Assembly (NCBI GenBank): GCA_973851085.1
Contig: OZ316776.1
Coordinates: forward strand, 1,674,001 to 1,738,000
Reading direction: 5' to 3'
Source of the DNA: Ptychomitrium polyphyllum
Taxonomy: Eukaryota
Length of the DNA stretch: 64,000 nt
In this document: in pieces, positions 1 through 10,700 of the stretch
How the letters are laid out: each line of letters opens with the position of its first letter
Numbering within the stretch: the first letter of the stretch is position 1
Notes under the pieces: generated by a model
Seen by the model: the letters and a program-made list of their open reading frames with translations, nothing else
Database searches by the model: none
Told to the model about the DNA's origin: nothing
Position numbers and translations under genes: made by a program

Positions 1-346
1 GCCGCATTAACAACCTTATCACGGGCGTCACGAAGGGCTACCGCAACAAGCGTTTCGTGTACGCGCGTTTCCCCATCAATGCCAGCATTAGTGGCGACAA
101 GGATAGCATCGAGATCAGGAACTTCTTGGGCGAGAAGAAGGTGCGCAAGGATGAGATGTTGCCGGGAGTGACCGTGACCCGATCAGAGAAGGTCAAGGAT
201 GAGCTGTTTTTGGACGGAAGGACATCGAGCTTGTATCTTGATAGTGTGCTCTCATCGACCAGAAATGTTACATGAAGAAGAAAGACATCAGGAAGTTCTT
301 GGATCGTATTTACGTGAGTGATAAGGGAACCATCGCTGATGAGTGA
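1..346 (+). pseudogene. RPL9: 60S ribosomal protein L9 (uL6) pseudogene, C-terminal half; 5' part lies outside the window
   Basis: Translates to [67 protein letters not shown], then a frameshift at ~218 into [39 protein letters not shown]. This is clearly the RPL9 C-terminus, with one frameshift and two in-frame stops. No intron in this part. Confidence 0.93.
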
Positions 347-1296
347 AGATGATAAAAAGTTATTCTAAGTTGGGCCATATGTGCTCAAAGATGGTCACAC
401 GATGCATCGTTTCGTGTAAATCATTATCCTCAGATTCATGGTATTTTGTCGGTCTGCAGCTTGGACCTCTATCCTGATTCACGGCATTCTGTCGATATGC
501 TTGTTCCAGTACGCTTTTTGAATGGATTTCGAGGTCCTGCAAAGTTGGAAAACAGGAGCCTAATAAGTGGCAGAGCTTCAAATTAGCAAAAAACAGATTC
601 TTGAACAACAGAAATGAAACCTCAGCGAGAGCATTATAATCAGATATTCATATCCGTCTGCACTTGATGTGTATTATTATACACATCCAAGGCTTCAGCC
701 TTTAGGGACGATCTCGAAGATGATGGGTGATGCGCCTCCTCGGTGCATCAAATAACTTTGTGTTCAAGCTTTTGGCATGTTCCAACATCAGAGAAGCGTC
801 TCGGATATGTACTGGACTGCTGAAGAAGAATCATTTCCTACATGTATAGCAGTGGTCTCCCGACCGTCTAAGCTGGATTTCAGGTGACCTAGTATTAAAC
901 CCCAACACCAAAGCATGAAAGTTCACACCCCAGACCTCCAGGGCTCGCACTGGAACTCATCAGATCTTGAGTTGGGTCCGCCCCTCCGACTAGGTTTCGG
1001 CTGCCCGTTTGGCCTACAAGAATTCTGCCCGCGGGGTATGGGAACATCCTCGGATATGGGAACTTCTGCTGTGGGATCTTGAGTTTCGTCATGCGCTCCG
1101 AGGCCTGTGCGGACGAGAAAATTCCACGTTGTACGCTCGTAGGGCCTGCAGCTAGACGCTAGGGCTGGCTCGGAAGCCTGCTCCGACCACCATATTCATT
1201 ATGTATACTCTTGCATCGGCGCTGCTGCAGCATTTCTTCGAGTCCTTTTCACGGACCTGGTGGTAGACCTTTGTGTGAACAATCACCAATTTTGAC

Positions 1297-1332
1297 CTGC
1301 ATAGTTTGCTGCTCCTGCATAGTTTGCTGCTC
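1297..1332. repeat. 18-bp tandem duplication, followed by a degenerate TA/CA-rich simple repeat (~1397-1468)
   Basis: (cctgcatagtttgctgct)x2 is directly visible. Confidence 0.8.
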
Positions 1333-2161
1333 TTGTATCGGCGCTCAACTGCAGCAAGACTGCCAGTTTCATTCAGACAGAATTGGGCAGCTTGCTTGTG
1401 TGTGTACGTATGTACATACACGCATACATACATTCAAATATATGCATGTATATTTACATATATGTATATTTAAATAATTTGAACTAGGCATGCAACTCAA
1501 AATTCAGGCGACATTCTAAACAACCTTCGAGTACATGACAAGACGGAATTTATAAAGCAAGGGTACCATGTGTTCCAAGTGTAAGTCTCTGCTTCGTGTA
1601 TGCAGATTTTGGATGCCCCTAGTTCCAGCTGATCTAGAATTTGTGTTGTGGGCTTGGCTCTGGGTAATTCGAGGATAGGTATAAATCTCCATACTTTGGA
1701 TTCCTTAAATCATAAGTCCAATCTACGTATCTGATCCCTCATAACTTTAGTGTGATTGGATATGAGCACCAATGTTATTTCTCATAACCCAAGTTGTAGG
1801 CTCAAAAGCAATCTCACCAACTCATAACGGTGATGTGGCAGCAAGATAAGGTTGTCTCCCAAATTCAGGGCACTTACCACTAAAATCAAACTTAAGCGGA
1901 TACACGATAATCAAACAGGTCAAGATAACTAACATGCCATTGAGCAATTCAAAGAAACACTTAAATTTCCATAGAATGTTGGGAGAGATCTGATGCAATT
2001 TCACGGTCCTGTGCAAGCTTCAGTCTCGTCCAAATTGGACTCCTGATTTTTAAGAGAATGTAATTCAATGCTACAAATCACAAGAGCAGCCTGAGTTGCG
2101 GAACAAAATGATACTGTACACGCTAACCTTAATTACAGCTAGAGGAATTAACTGGAGACTA

Positions 2162-3259
2162 GATCACTCTTTGCTGGAATTGCAGTGATGCTTGTATGCG
2201 CTACCATTTCCTTTCTGACTCTTCAGTTGAGAGTAGCGGTGTTCGATGGAGATCATCTTGTTCTTCTTCTTCAACTGAAGGCACTTCTTGTTTAATCTGA
2301 GGTGGACCTTCTTGTCCTCTTGCTTGGGAGCTGGCTTGGCAGACGTGGGGTGCTTGTGGAAGCCCAGAGGCATAGGCAAGGGGATCTCAACAAACACCCG
2401 GCCTGTACTTGGTTGTAAATTCTTTGCAGGTCCTTGGACCACGTGAAGACCATCTTGAGTCATTTCTTCAACTTGTGCCATTTTGAGATGAAGTTGGAAA
2501 GCACAGTGAGGGAGTTTGTTGATAAAATCGGGAAGAGTGATTGTGAGAAAGGATGAGAGAGATTGTTGGAAGGAGAATGAATAAATGCTGAATGGATAAG
2601 TGGTAAATGGGGTAAGCCTTGCCTTATGTATGGTTCACTTTTGGCATACAGAATATGTCATTTACAAGCTAAACTGCTTGTAAAGTAAAAGAGTTGTAAC
2701 TCATTAGACGAACTGCTTTATAATTACTCTTTTACTTTACAAGCAGTTTAGCTTGTAAATGACATATTCTGTACGCCAAAAGTGAACCATACATAAGGCA
2801 AGGCTTACCCCATTTACCACTTATCCATTCAGCATTTATTCATTCTCCTTCCAACAATCTCTCTCATCCTTTCTCACAATCACTCTTCCCGATTTTATCA
2901 ACAAACTCCCTCACTGTGCTTTCCAACTTCATCTCAAAATGGCACAAGTTGAAGAAATGACTCAAGATGGTCTTCACGTGGTCCAAGGACCTGCAAAGAA
3001 TTTACAACCAAGTACAGGCCGGGTGTTTGTTGAGATCCCCTTGCATATGCCTCTGGGCTTCCACAAGCACCCCACGTCTGCCAAGCCAGCTCCCAAGCAA
3101 GAGGACAAGAAGGTCCACCTCAGATTAAACAAGAAGTGCCTTCAGTTGAAGAAGAAGAACAAGATGATCTCCATCGAACACCGCTACTCTCAACTGAAGA
3201 GTCAGAAAGGAAATGGTAGCGCATACAAGCATCACTGCAATTCCAGCAAAGAAGTGATC
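2162..3259. repeat. Long near-perfect inverted repeat: arms 2162-2694 and 2726-3259, 31-bp spacer
   Basis: The arms are reverse complements (position sum 5420; ATG 2481 mirrors ATG 2939). I noticed only about two substitutions and one 1-bp indel near the outer end. Confidence 0.97.
2164..2481 (-). CDS. Orphan intronless small ORF, left arm of the palindrome (possibly decayed)
   Basis: 105-aa ORF MAQVEEMTQDGLHVVQ... with caaaATGg start context. No recognisable domain. Confidence 0.35.
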   Translation of the reverse strand: MAQVEEMTQDGLHVVQGPAKNLQPSTGRVFVEIPLPMPLGFHKHPTSAKPAPKQEDKKVHLRLNKKCLQLKKKNKMISIEHRYSQLKSQKGNGSAYKHHCNSSKE

Positions 3260-3268
3260 ACTACATGA
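2939..3268 (+). CDS. Orphan intronless small ORF, right arm of the palindrome (possibly frameshifted)
   Basis: 109-aa mirror copy of the left ORF with one P/H change. An alternative frame reads PPQIKQEVPSVEEEEQDD...W*...DHYMKKDKQKRRSMKSRKYL* to 3318. Confidence 0.35.
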   Translation: MAQVEEMTQDGLHVVQGPAKNLQPSTGRVFVEIPLHMPLGFHKHPTSAKPAPKQEDKKVHLRLNKKCLQLKKKNKMISIEHRYSQLKSQKGNGSAYKHHCNSSKEVITT

Positions 3269-4926
3269 AGAAGGACAAACAAAAGAGACGAAGTATGAAG
3301 TCTCGCAAATACCTCTAGAGCAATGATCAACAGAAGGGATGCTCACCCTGTTCATTCATGGTGCCTGATTACACTTTCAGCACTCGCATCTCTGTTATCA
3401 CTGCCACCGAATAGCGATAGGTAGAGTCCCCATGTCGTCGCGTCTCTCGTCTGAACTTGCACCATGTGTACTGTGGACTCTTTGACCATATAATACAGCC
3501 CTATCGGATATGTTCGTCTCAGTCGAATTCACACGCCACTTCCGTCAGGCACTGCAAACCCCGACGACCAGTTGGTACCAATCGGTTTCTGCTCGATACA
3601 CCCAAACCAGAAAGCAGATTGAACCAACGACGCTACGAACGCACACCTGATCTATGTGCTCGTTGATCTCCCTGTTGCTGGCTCCTCGCGGGAACGGGCG
3701 AGTGCAGATCGGGCAAGCTCGCAATCCTGTCATGACAACACGCCCGTCCAAGCGCATCAGCTCCTCAGCACAGAATCCCCATGCGTTCTCACCTGTACAG
3801 CTGTCATGTCAGGGGTGCACCGATCGCCGCCACAGAATCGCGCACGCACGAGGATCTGGCGACCTCACCTGACCGAATCACCGGCGAACTCCCACTTCAC
3901 CACACCAAACTACAAGTGCGAAACGTCCTCCCTGCTGCACACCCGAGAGAGCGAGCTGCAACTCGGCCAGAACGTTCGCATACACATCTGCGCCGTCGAC
4001 GTGGAATTCAGGGAACTCTGCCCAACATCTGTGGACGTGTCGTTGTGGACGTCCAAGGAGGTGGGAACGGCGGACGTTGTCGCCTCGTCCGGACAACCCC
4101 ACACAAACAGCCTCCTCGGGCCCTCTGCAGAGCTATGGGATCAGGGTTCAGGGCGACGCTCACCTGGAGAAGCTCCGCTTGTTCCCGCAGGGTTCCTCCC
4201 CGGAGCCGTCGATGGTGAGGGCGGTGCTGGCCTCCAACCCGAAGATTCTGCAGCAGTCCGGTGCTCCACGTTCGTTTCTGGGCGAGAACCCAGCTCCGCT
4301 CTTTCACCTGGGCCAGACCGTTCTCCTCCGCAGCTCTTCGACCCACACTGCACGCCGACCTCAATGACCTCCCTCCTGCCAGGCTGGTCCGAAACCTCGC
4401 TCGAACGAGGCAGAACCGCAGACCTCCCTCCGATGATACCGCCACCATCACCGAGTTCGACAACCGGATCGATCGCAGCTGCACGGTGTCCGAGAGCTGC
4501 TGTCGTTTCTTGAGCTGCGCAACTCCTCGTCCCGACTTCCTCTGCGCCACTGTACACGTCCTGAGCTGCACACGATCCAGACTCCGACCGCGGGGGAAGG
4601 CCCTGATGTCCAAGCAGTTGAGGGCCATGACTCCAGAACCATGATGACTACAGAAACTTGGACAGCAAACGCACGTCGTCACGCCGACTAAGGCTGGATC
4701 TGTAAGGACGAACGGCATAAACCCTAAACCCTGGACCTGGACATGACGAGAGATGGCAGGATACGGCATGGAACCCTGCAGCAAGAGGGCCATCAGGCCA
4801 CTCTACTCTGGCCCACCGATCCCACCAAGCTTCAACTGCCTTGCCTTGATCAGATTGAGTACCATCATGTCTAACAGCACCAGCAACCATACCAAGTTTT
4901 AGTGAAACTCGTCAAGCGTTCATAGA
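3256..4926. repeat. Direct segmental duplication, copy 1 (~1.67 kb); partner 21427-23097
   Basis: Near-identical sequence at a constant offset of 18,171 bp; the ORF track lists the same translations at both sites. Only a few SNPs seen. Confidence 0.97.
3519..4926 (-). pseudogene. 5'-truncated copy of the double-UBZ4 gene (3' exons only)
   Basis: Contains the last exons of the gene at 21690-24081, including spliced CPICTRPF...INEHIDQ|CLTEVACEFD*. Lacks the first exon. Confidence 0.7.
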
Positions 4927-7719
4927 ACTCTGCCTAAATTCTTAGAAGCGGGATTGAAGGTTGGTGGAAGCATATGAAATGGTGGTCGAGTTGATCATCG
5001 AATTGTTAGCAATTGTACTCCTAACGTGCGAGCCATGAGAAGCATGCAGCTGAGGTTATGGAATTGATTGACTAGATGTCCTGGACCTGACATCCGAGTA
5101 CTCTGATGCAACCGATTTTCAGCTGGCATCATCATTCAAATTTTACCAATTATTGATTTCAGAACCTGCTTTCTCAGAATATCATACTTGATACATCGTG
5201 TTCTAGTGAGGTCAGACGCATGTGCAAGTGATCAGGATCCATACCTACCTCTTGATGTGATGACGCTCCCTCTAGCGATCTCTAGGTCAGTGGATGTAGT
5301 ATGATTTCACTTGATGCTCATGATTCTTCTGGGCGGCAAAACTTACTGGAATTTGAAGGCGAGTCCACAATCTGGCGAAGAAGAACTAGGACATTTCTGG
5401 CTGTTTGAATCAAAAGCTCAAGTCACTCTTGACCTCGCCGCACGCTGCAATGAAAGCCAGCGACTCTGAGTCACACAACCAGTCACAGGAATTTCCGTGG
5501 CAACTTATAATAGGCTGCACCTAAAATTTGACATGTGAATTCCGAGTCTACTCTTAATTAGGAGGTCCTATGAGCCAATCCTACACATTGTAACGTAGAA
5601 CAAAAAGACCCTCAATTTGCTACTGATGGGTAGATACAATGTTTAATTGGTGGGTTCATGAAAATGTTGCAAATTCGTGACTTTAAATGTGACGTTATTG
5701 CTATTAAGGCTTATTGATGTCTTGTGTTAACTTGTTAATGTCATCTGGTGTTCTTCCAAGTTGAATGCTGTCAAGCTCTCTTGGAAAATAATCAACAATC
5801 TCATATAAGAATATAAAAGTATAAAAGGCGAAGACTGCAATGACAAGGAACTCAGCCATTTCAAAGGTTATTTTCTAGAAATTTGGTTCAATGTATGTGG
5901 TAACTTCTAAGACATCATTGTGAGTTTCTACATACATCGGTTTGGCAGTATTATTGAAGACTACCAGCAACCTTTCTAGACGTAGAGACCTTGTAAATGT
6001 GACTATGAAGAGACAGAATTTTGCATTATGGTCTTAAGATATTTGCATGTGTGGGAGGTTGATTGTGCAGTTAAAGAATCAACGGTAACCATTTCTCTGA
6101 TGTGTAATTCTTTGGATGGGTACCGGTGAGTCAGTGACTAATATTGTTTGAAAGAGCAATTACCGCCCCTGAGTAAAGTCGTGTGAAGTTTTTGAGCCAA
6201 TAGGTTGGGCCTCGTGCACCTGCGTATGGATCAAGAAAGTATGTGAATGACTATAGCAATTAAGTACTAATTGCAATGTGAACAGTTAATCTCTTGGAAG
6301 TTGATGTCAAGGTTTAGCTTTTTGACTAATGAATCAGTTGCGTTTTTGCGAGATTTTAAGAAACAGAGGTAGATTTGTAGGGCAATATCGGTTTCTCTCA
6401 ACTTGGATATTTAAGATAAGCTAAAGATGTTATTTTGATGGTCTGTGTCCTGAACTGTATTACAGGTTACATTCCGTGCTGAGTTGTGCAGCAAACACAC
6501 TTGCCTCTTTTGAATCGCTAGTTGAACTGAAGTGAAGTAATTACACAGTTCTCTAGATAATGTCAAGGGCTTCACTTGGTGCAGCTTTCACCATGGATTT
6601 TTCCTGACTAGATTGATCATGTCTATAGGATGTGAACAAGAAGGTTTGCAAATGCAGAAGATCAATGTCAAGAGTTTTTAAGAGTTATTAAGTCCAAGCT
6701 AGAGCTGATGAAGTCAGAAGCCCTCAAGTTCGAGATTAAAATTTTCTCCTCTGGCAAAAGAATTCTTAAAACAAGAAACAGACTTTGAAATTAGGGGTTT
6801 GTAAACTGTCTGTAGAATTGAAAGATTCCAGAATGGGCTAGTGACTAGATTGTTGTTGCAGCTTAAGCACAAACATTAGCTAGGATGTCATTTAATCTTC
6901 AGGATCGCCATTCCTGGCCTCATTTGTCTTTCAGCTTTGTTGCTTCTTCTGAAGTCTTGGTAGCTGAGGTCAAATTTGCCCAACATCACTTGACAACATA
7001 CTTGTGCTACGATAGATCGTGAAGGATTTTCTGAATACCTCCCTAGAAGTCAACCAAGCTCCGACCTGCTCCAGGAATCATCAAACGATTACACCGCTCG
7101 GATTCCAGACAACTTCAAACAAACACATCATCACCACGAATGCGATTCTCACGAATATTTCATCACAGATCTGAAATTCTGCAAGGAAACCTGCTCCTGA
7201 CGAATGTCCCTTAGGTGCAAGTATGAGTAGCAGTACTAGGTGACCATAAGTCCTTGCTAGCATGGTGTAAACATCCGCCGTTTGCGAAGCCTAAGAACAT
7301 TGCAGTTAACAAAGGTGTGGGAAGAGTGTTCACTGTTAAAAAATATATCTAGTACTTCAAAAGCAAACCAAAAAGTCACTTCTTAACACTCCCTGACACC
7401 TCACTTACCACCAAGTGCAAATGTACATCAACATTGCCACACTGCCTTTCAAACTAAAATCGATGATGCTTGAATACAAAACCGTAGACGTTGTTCCACC
7501 ATCGTCCACACCGATGAACAGACTCGTTACCCTGTCTGAGCTACATTACCGGTGCAAAATGCGAAGCTACAGAACGCAGAGCTTGGCTTCATCCGCATCA
7601 AGCATATTCAAACCTGAATAAAATTTCAATCGCTGCGAACAACCAATCTCGCCAGAAGATGGTACCAAAACATAAGTCACCTGAACCACCCACATGTGCA
7701 ACATCGTCATGGAAATTAG

Positions 7720-7752
7720 CGCCCCCCCCCCCCCCCCCTCCCCGCCCCCGCC
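7720..7752 (-). repeat. Poly-C tract with flanking C-runs (G-rich on the minus strand, potential G-quadruplex)
   Basis: A C-run of about 16 followed by tcccgcccccgcc. Confidence 0.6.
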
Positions 7753-10700
7753 AATGCACCCCTGGCTGTTGCAGCTTGAGAGCCCACATGGGATGCCACG
7801 CCCTCTTCACGCTCGGCCACCCTAGTCTTGTCATCACCTACCTCTTGAATTCTCCCATAAGCTACTGTTCACACAACGCTACGTAGAGGCACCATCTTTT
7901 CCTTCAAGTCCGTGCCGGTGGGCGCCGGGGTTCCTGATTTGGTAGATGGCTCCGCAGTCTTTGAGCAGCCCATGATCACGGAATCAAGGAGAAAAGTGAC
8001 ACTCAAAAGCTAATATCTGGACTGTGCGCCGCAAACCAGGCTCCGAACGCGGACTGATCCATCGCCAACAGCAACTGGAGCTGTGTGGAAACATCAAAGC
8101 AAATGATAAATCCGATCATTTATTACTGCATGGTTGGATGGATACTTGCCTCCTTCCAAGTCTAGATTCGCAGGCTGGCTCGCGGAGGCTCATCGCCACC
8201 GTCAGCCATCAACCAACAGTGTTCAGCTGAACTTTGGTTGCATTTATCATGAGTTGGGAAGTATCAAGTATACTATCAACTTAGCTCACCAAAGTTCTTA
8301 ACGTAAATGCTCGGTTCTAAGCCTGTACTATTTTTCCATCTCTGCACAAAGGATGGTGTTTGGTATCGCTCATGCTGATACAATCTCTCTACAAAAGAAT
8401 GGTATTTAATGTCACTTATGCTATTTGATTGAAGACAGGATACAAATTTTTATTTGATTGGGAATTAGTTTCTTTAGCAAGTAGATTTTCGGAGGATATT
8501 ACAACAAGTGTATCATTTCTGTAAGATTCTTGGTTTTTAATCCTTTGAGTGCCTTGGAACCACATAATTGTCACTAATGTTATAAAAATCAAGTATCTCT
8601 AAATTTGTGAAAACTTGGCTTTTATTCAAAGAAGTTTAGTAGTAGATATTCATAATACACATATGCTAATGAATAGTAATTTGGAATTGTATAACTACCA
8701 AAATGTCTATGTATAAATACTTGCAAAAAAAATATTATATATCATGTGAAAAATTTTCCATGAAAAAGTTTGATTTTGAGTTTTTTTATACAATATAATT
8801 TTGAATATGCAATATGGATCCTTATAAGTGTTGATGTGTTTATGTCATGCAAGTATGGTTTAGGTTATCCTTCCCAAAATACAAGTCCTTTCCAAAAATG
8901 ATATATTATATATACACCTTTATTTAAGAATTTATTAATGATTCATTTCAAAAGATGTAAGCACAATTTTTGTGTCATTAAGCAACCCTTGAATTTAGAC
9001 ATATATAAACATCAAAGTGTATGTTGTAAATGAATGTTATAAGATGATCATCAAACAAATCAATGCATGTTAATATTAACAAGAAATGCATGTACAAATT
9101 AATTATAGAAGTGATATTCATTTTTTTTAAAGAAAAGCCAATTGATTGTTTTTATTTAAGAATTTGAACATATAAATTAGTCTTCTATAAAGTACTTTAA
9201 GCACTAAAGTGTTAATAAACTATCAAATATTGGCTTATAATCATGAATGAATGAGTAACAAAGGTTGAGTTTTAGAATAATTATAGTCCTAAAATTTATT
9301 TTGAATTGTTTAATTTTAATTTCGTACATGAATGTATTATATTTGCATGCATAATAAACAATGTGTTTTCATCTTTAAAATGAATATAATTTCAATTGAA
9401 GTATTTTTGAGGTGGAAAATAAAGTACACAATTTAAATAGTGTAAGCAACTAGATTTAAGCTTATAATTGATTTTTGGATTGAAAAAAATGTAGTGCATA
9501 AATCTTGGATTTCAATGCACAAATCAAGTAGAAAATTCTACTTTGCACTTCAAATATGTTACTCAATGTTTTGAAGATGGCCTTCCTACACTTTTGTATA
9601 AAATCAATAGACAAATCCATTAATATTTCAACTATCAACTTCAAATATCATTAACAAAAATCAAATGCGGAATATATAAAGATAATAGGTGTTTAATTGC
9701 TTCATAGCCACTACACTACTTTAATAACAGTAAATGCTAGACCTAGGAGAATGTACATTAGACATTCACTCAAGATGAAGTTTGATGTCCAAAACTGGTA
9801 TCTAAATGTCAATGCATCCTCTACAGTAAACAAAAGTATTAAAATTGCTTATAAACTTATTCACCCTTCAACACAACTTCCCACTTAGATTCTTCTCAAC
9901 TTACAAGCAATGCTGACACATGTACCACAATGATACATGCCAGTATCATATCATAGATGTCATAGAGGTTATATATACAACCAAAATCTTCAAAAATGTG
10001 AATGTCATGCCATTTCCGGGAAATAGTGAGGATTGTCCAGAAACGAGAATGGACAATCTAAGACCCCTATTTACTGTACCCTAACGCATTGCTCCTGTGA
10101 TTTGCAAAGTTGAAGCAAAGAGGATTTGTGATAGGTTTGTGAGTTTTGTACAAGTGGCTGCCACTGTAAGTGAAGATCGTGGCATGGCAGGGCCAAGTGA
10201 CTGTGATCAGACCAGGAGGCAAGGAGGGTGGGTTGCAGCATGGACACTTGCCATGGTTCGGATCTGCCGTGATTCCGTGACTGTCAGAGCCCGCAAGTGG
10301 ATGGAGTCCACGGACTTGTGTCGTGCTGCAACTTGAAGTGGAGCCCCAAATTAGCCTGCCGAAATGTAGGTGGGGAAGCTTATTATATACTCTGGATGTG
10401 TCCTGCACCTGCTCGCGTACCGTCGCTCGCCTCTCGAACTGGGAACTGCAACCCTTCAATCAGACTCCCATGCATGAACCTGGCCACCGTTGCTGTGGCC
10501 GCTCTTGAAGTCTTGCACGCCAGTCAAGGATCTCGCAGCATGCTGACAAGATCGTCGCCGTCGCAGGGCCAGGTTTTGGTTCTTACCTCAGTTTTCTATT
10601 GACCTGCTTAACCCCTTGAAGTCAAGCGGGTGTGTGGTTTTTCAAAACGATGTGTTATTAGACGTTTGTTGATTCGCCTTGCAGGATAAAACGAAGTTGT

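Noticed and set aside
3656..4644. Long plus-strand ORFs (285, 145, 127 aa) and their twins at 21.8-22.8 kb
   Set aside because: Probably shadow ORFs of GC-rich sequence; splice signals and the UBZ motif point to the minus strand.
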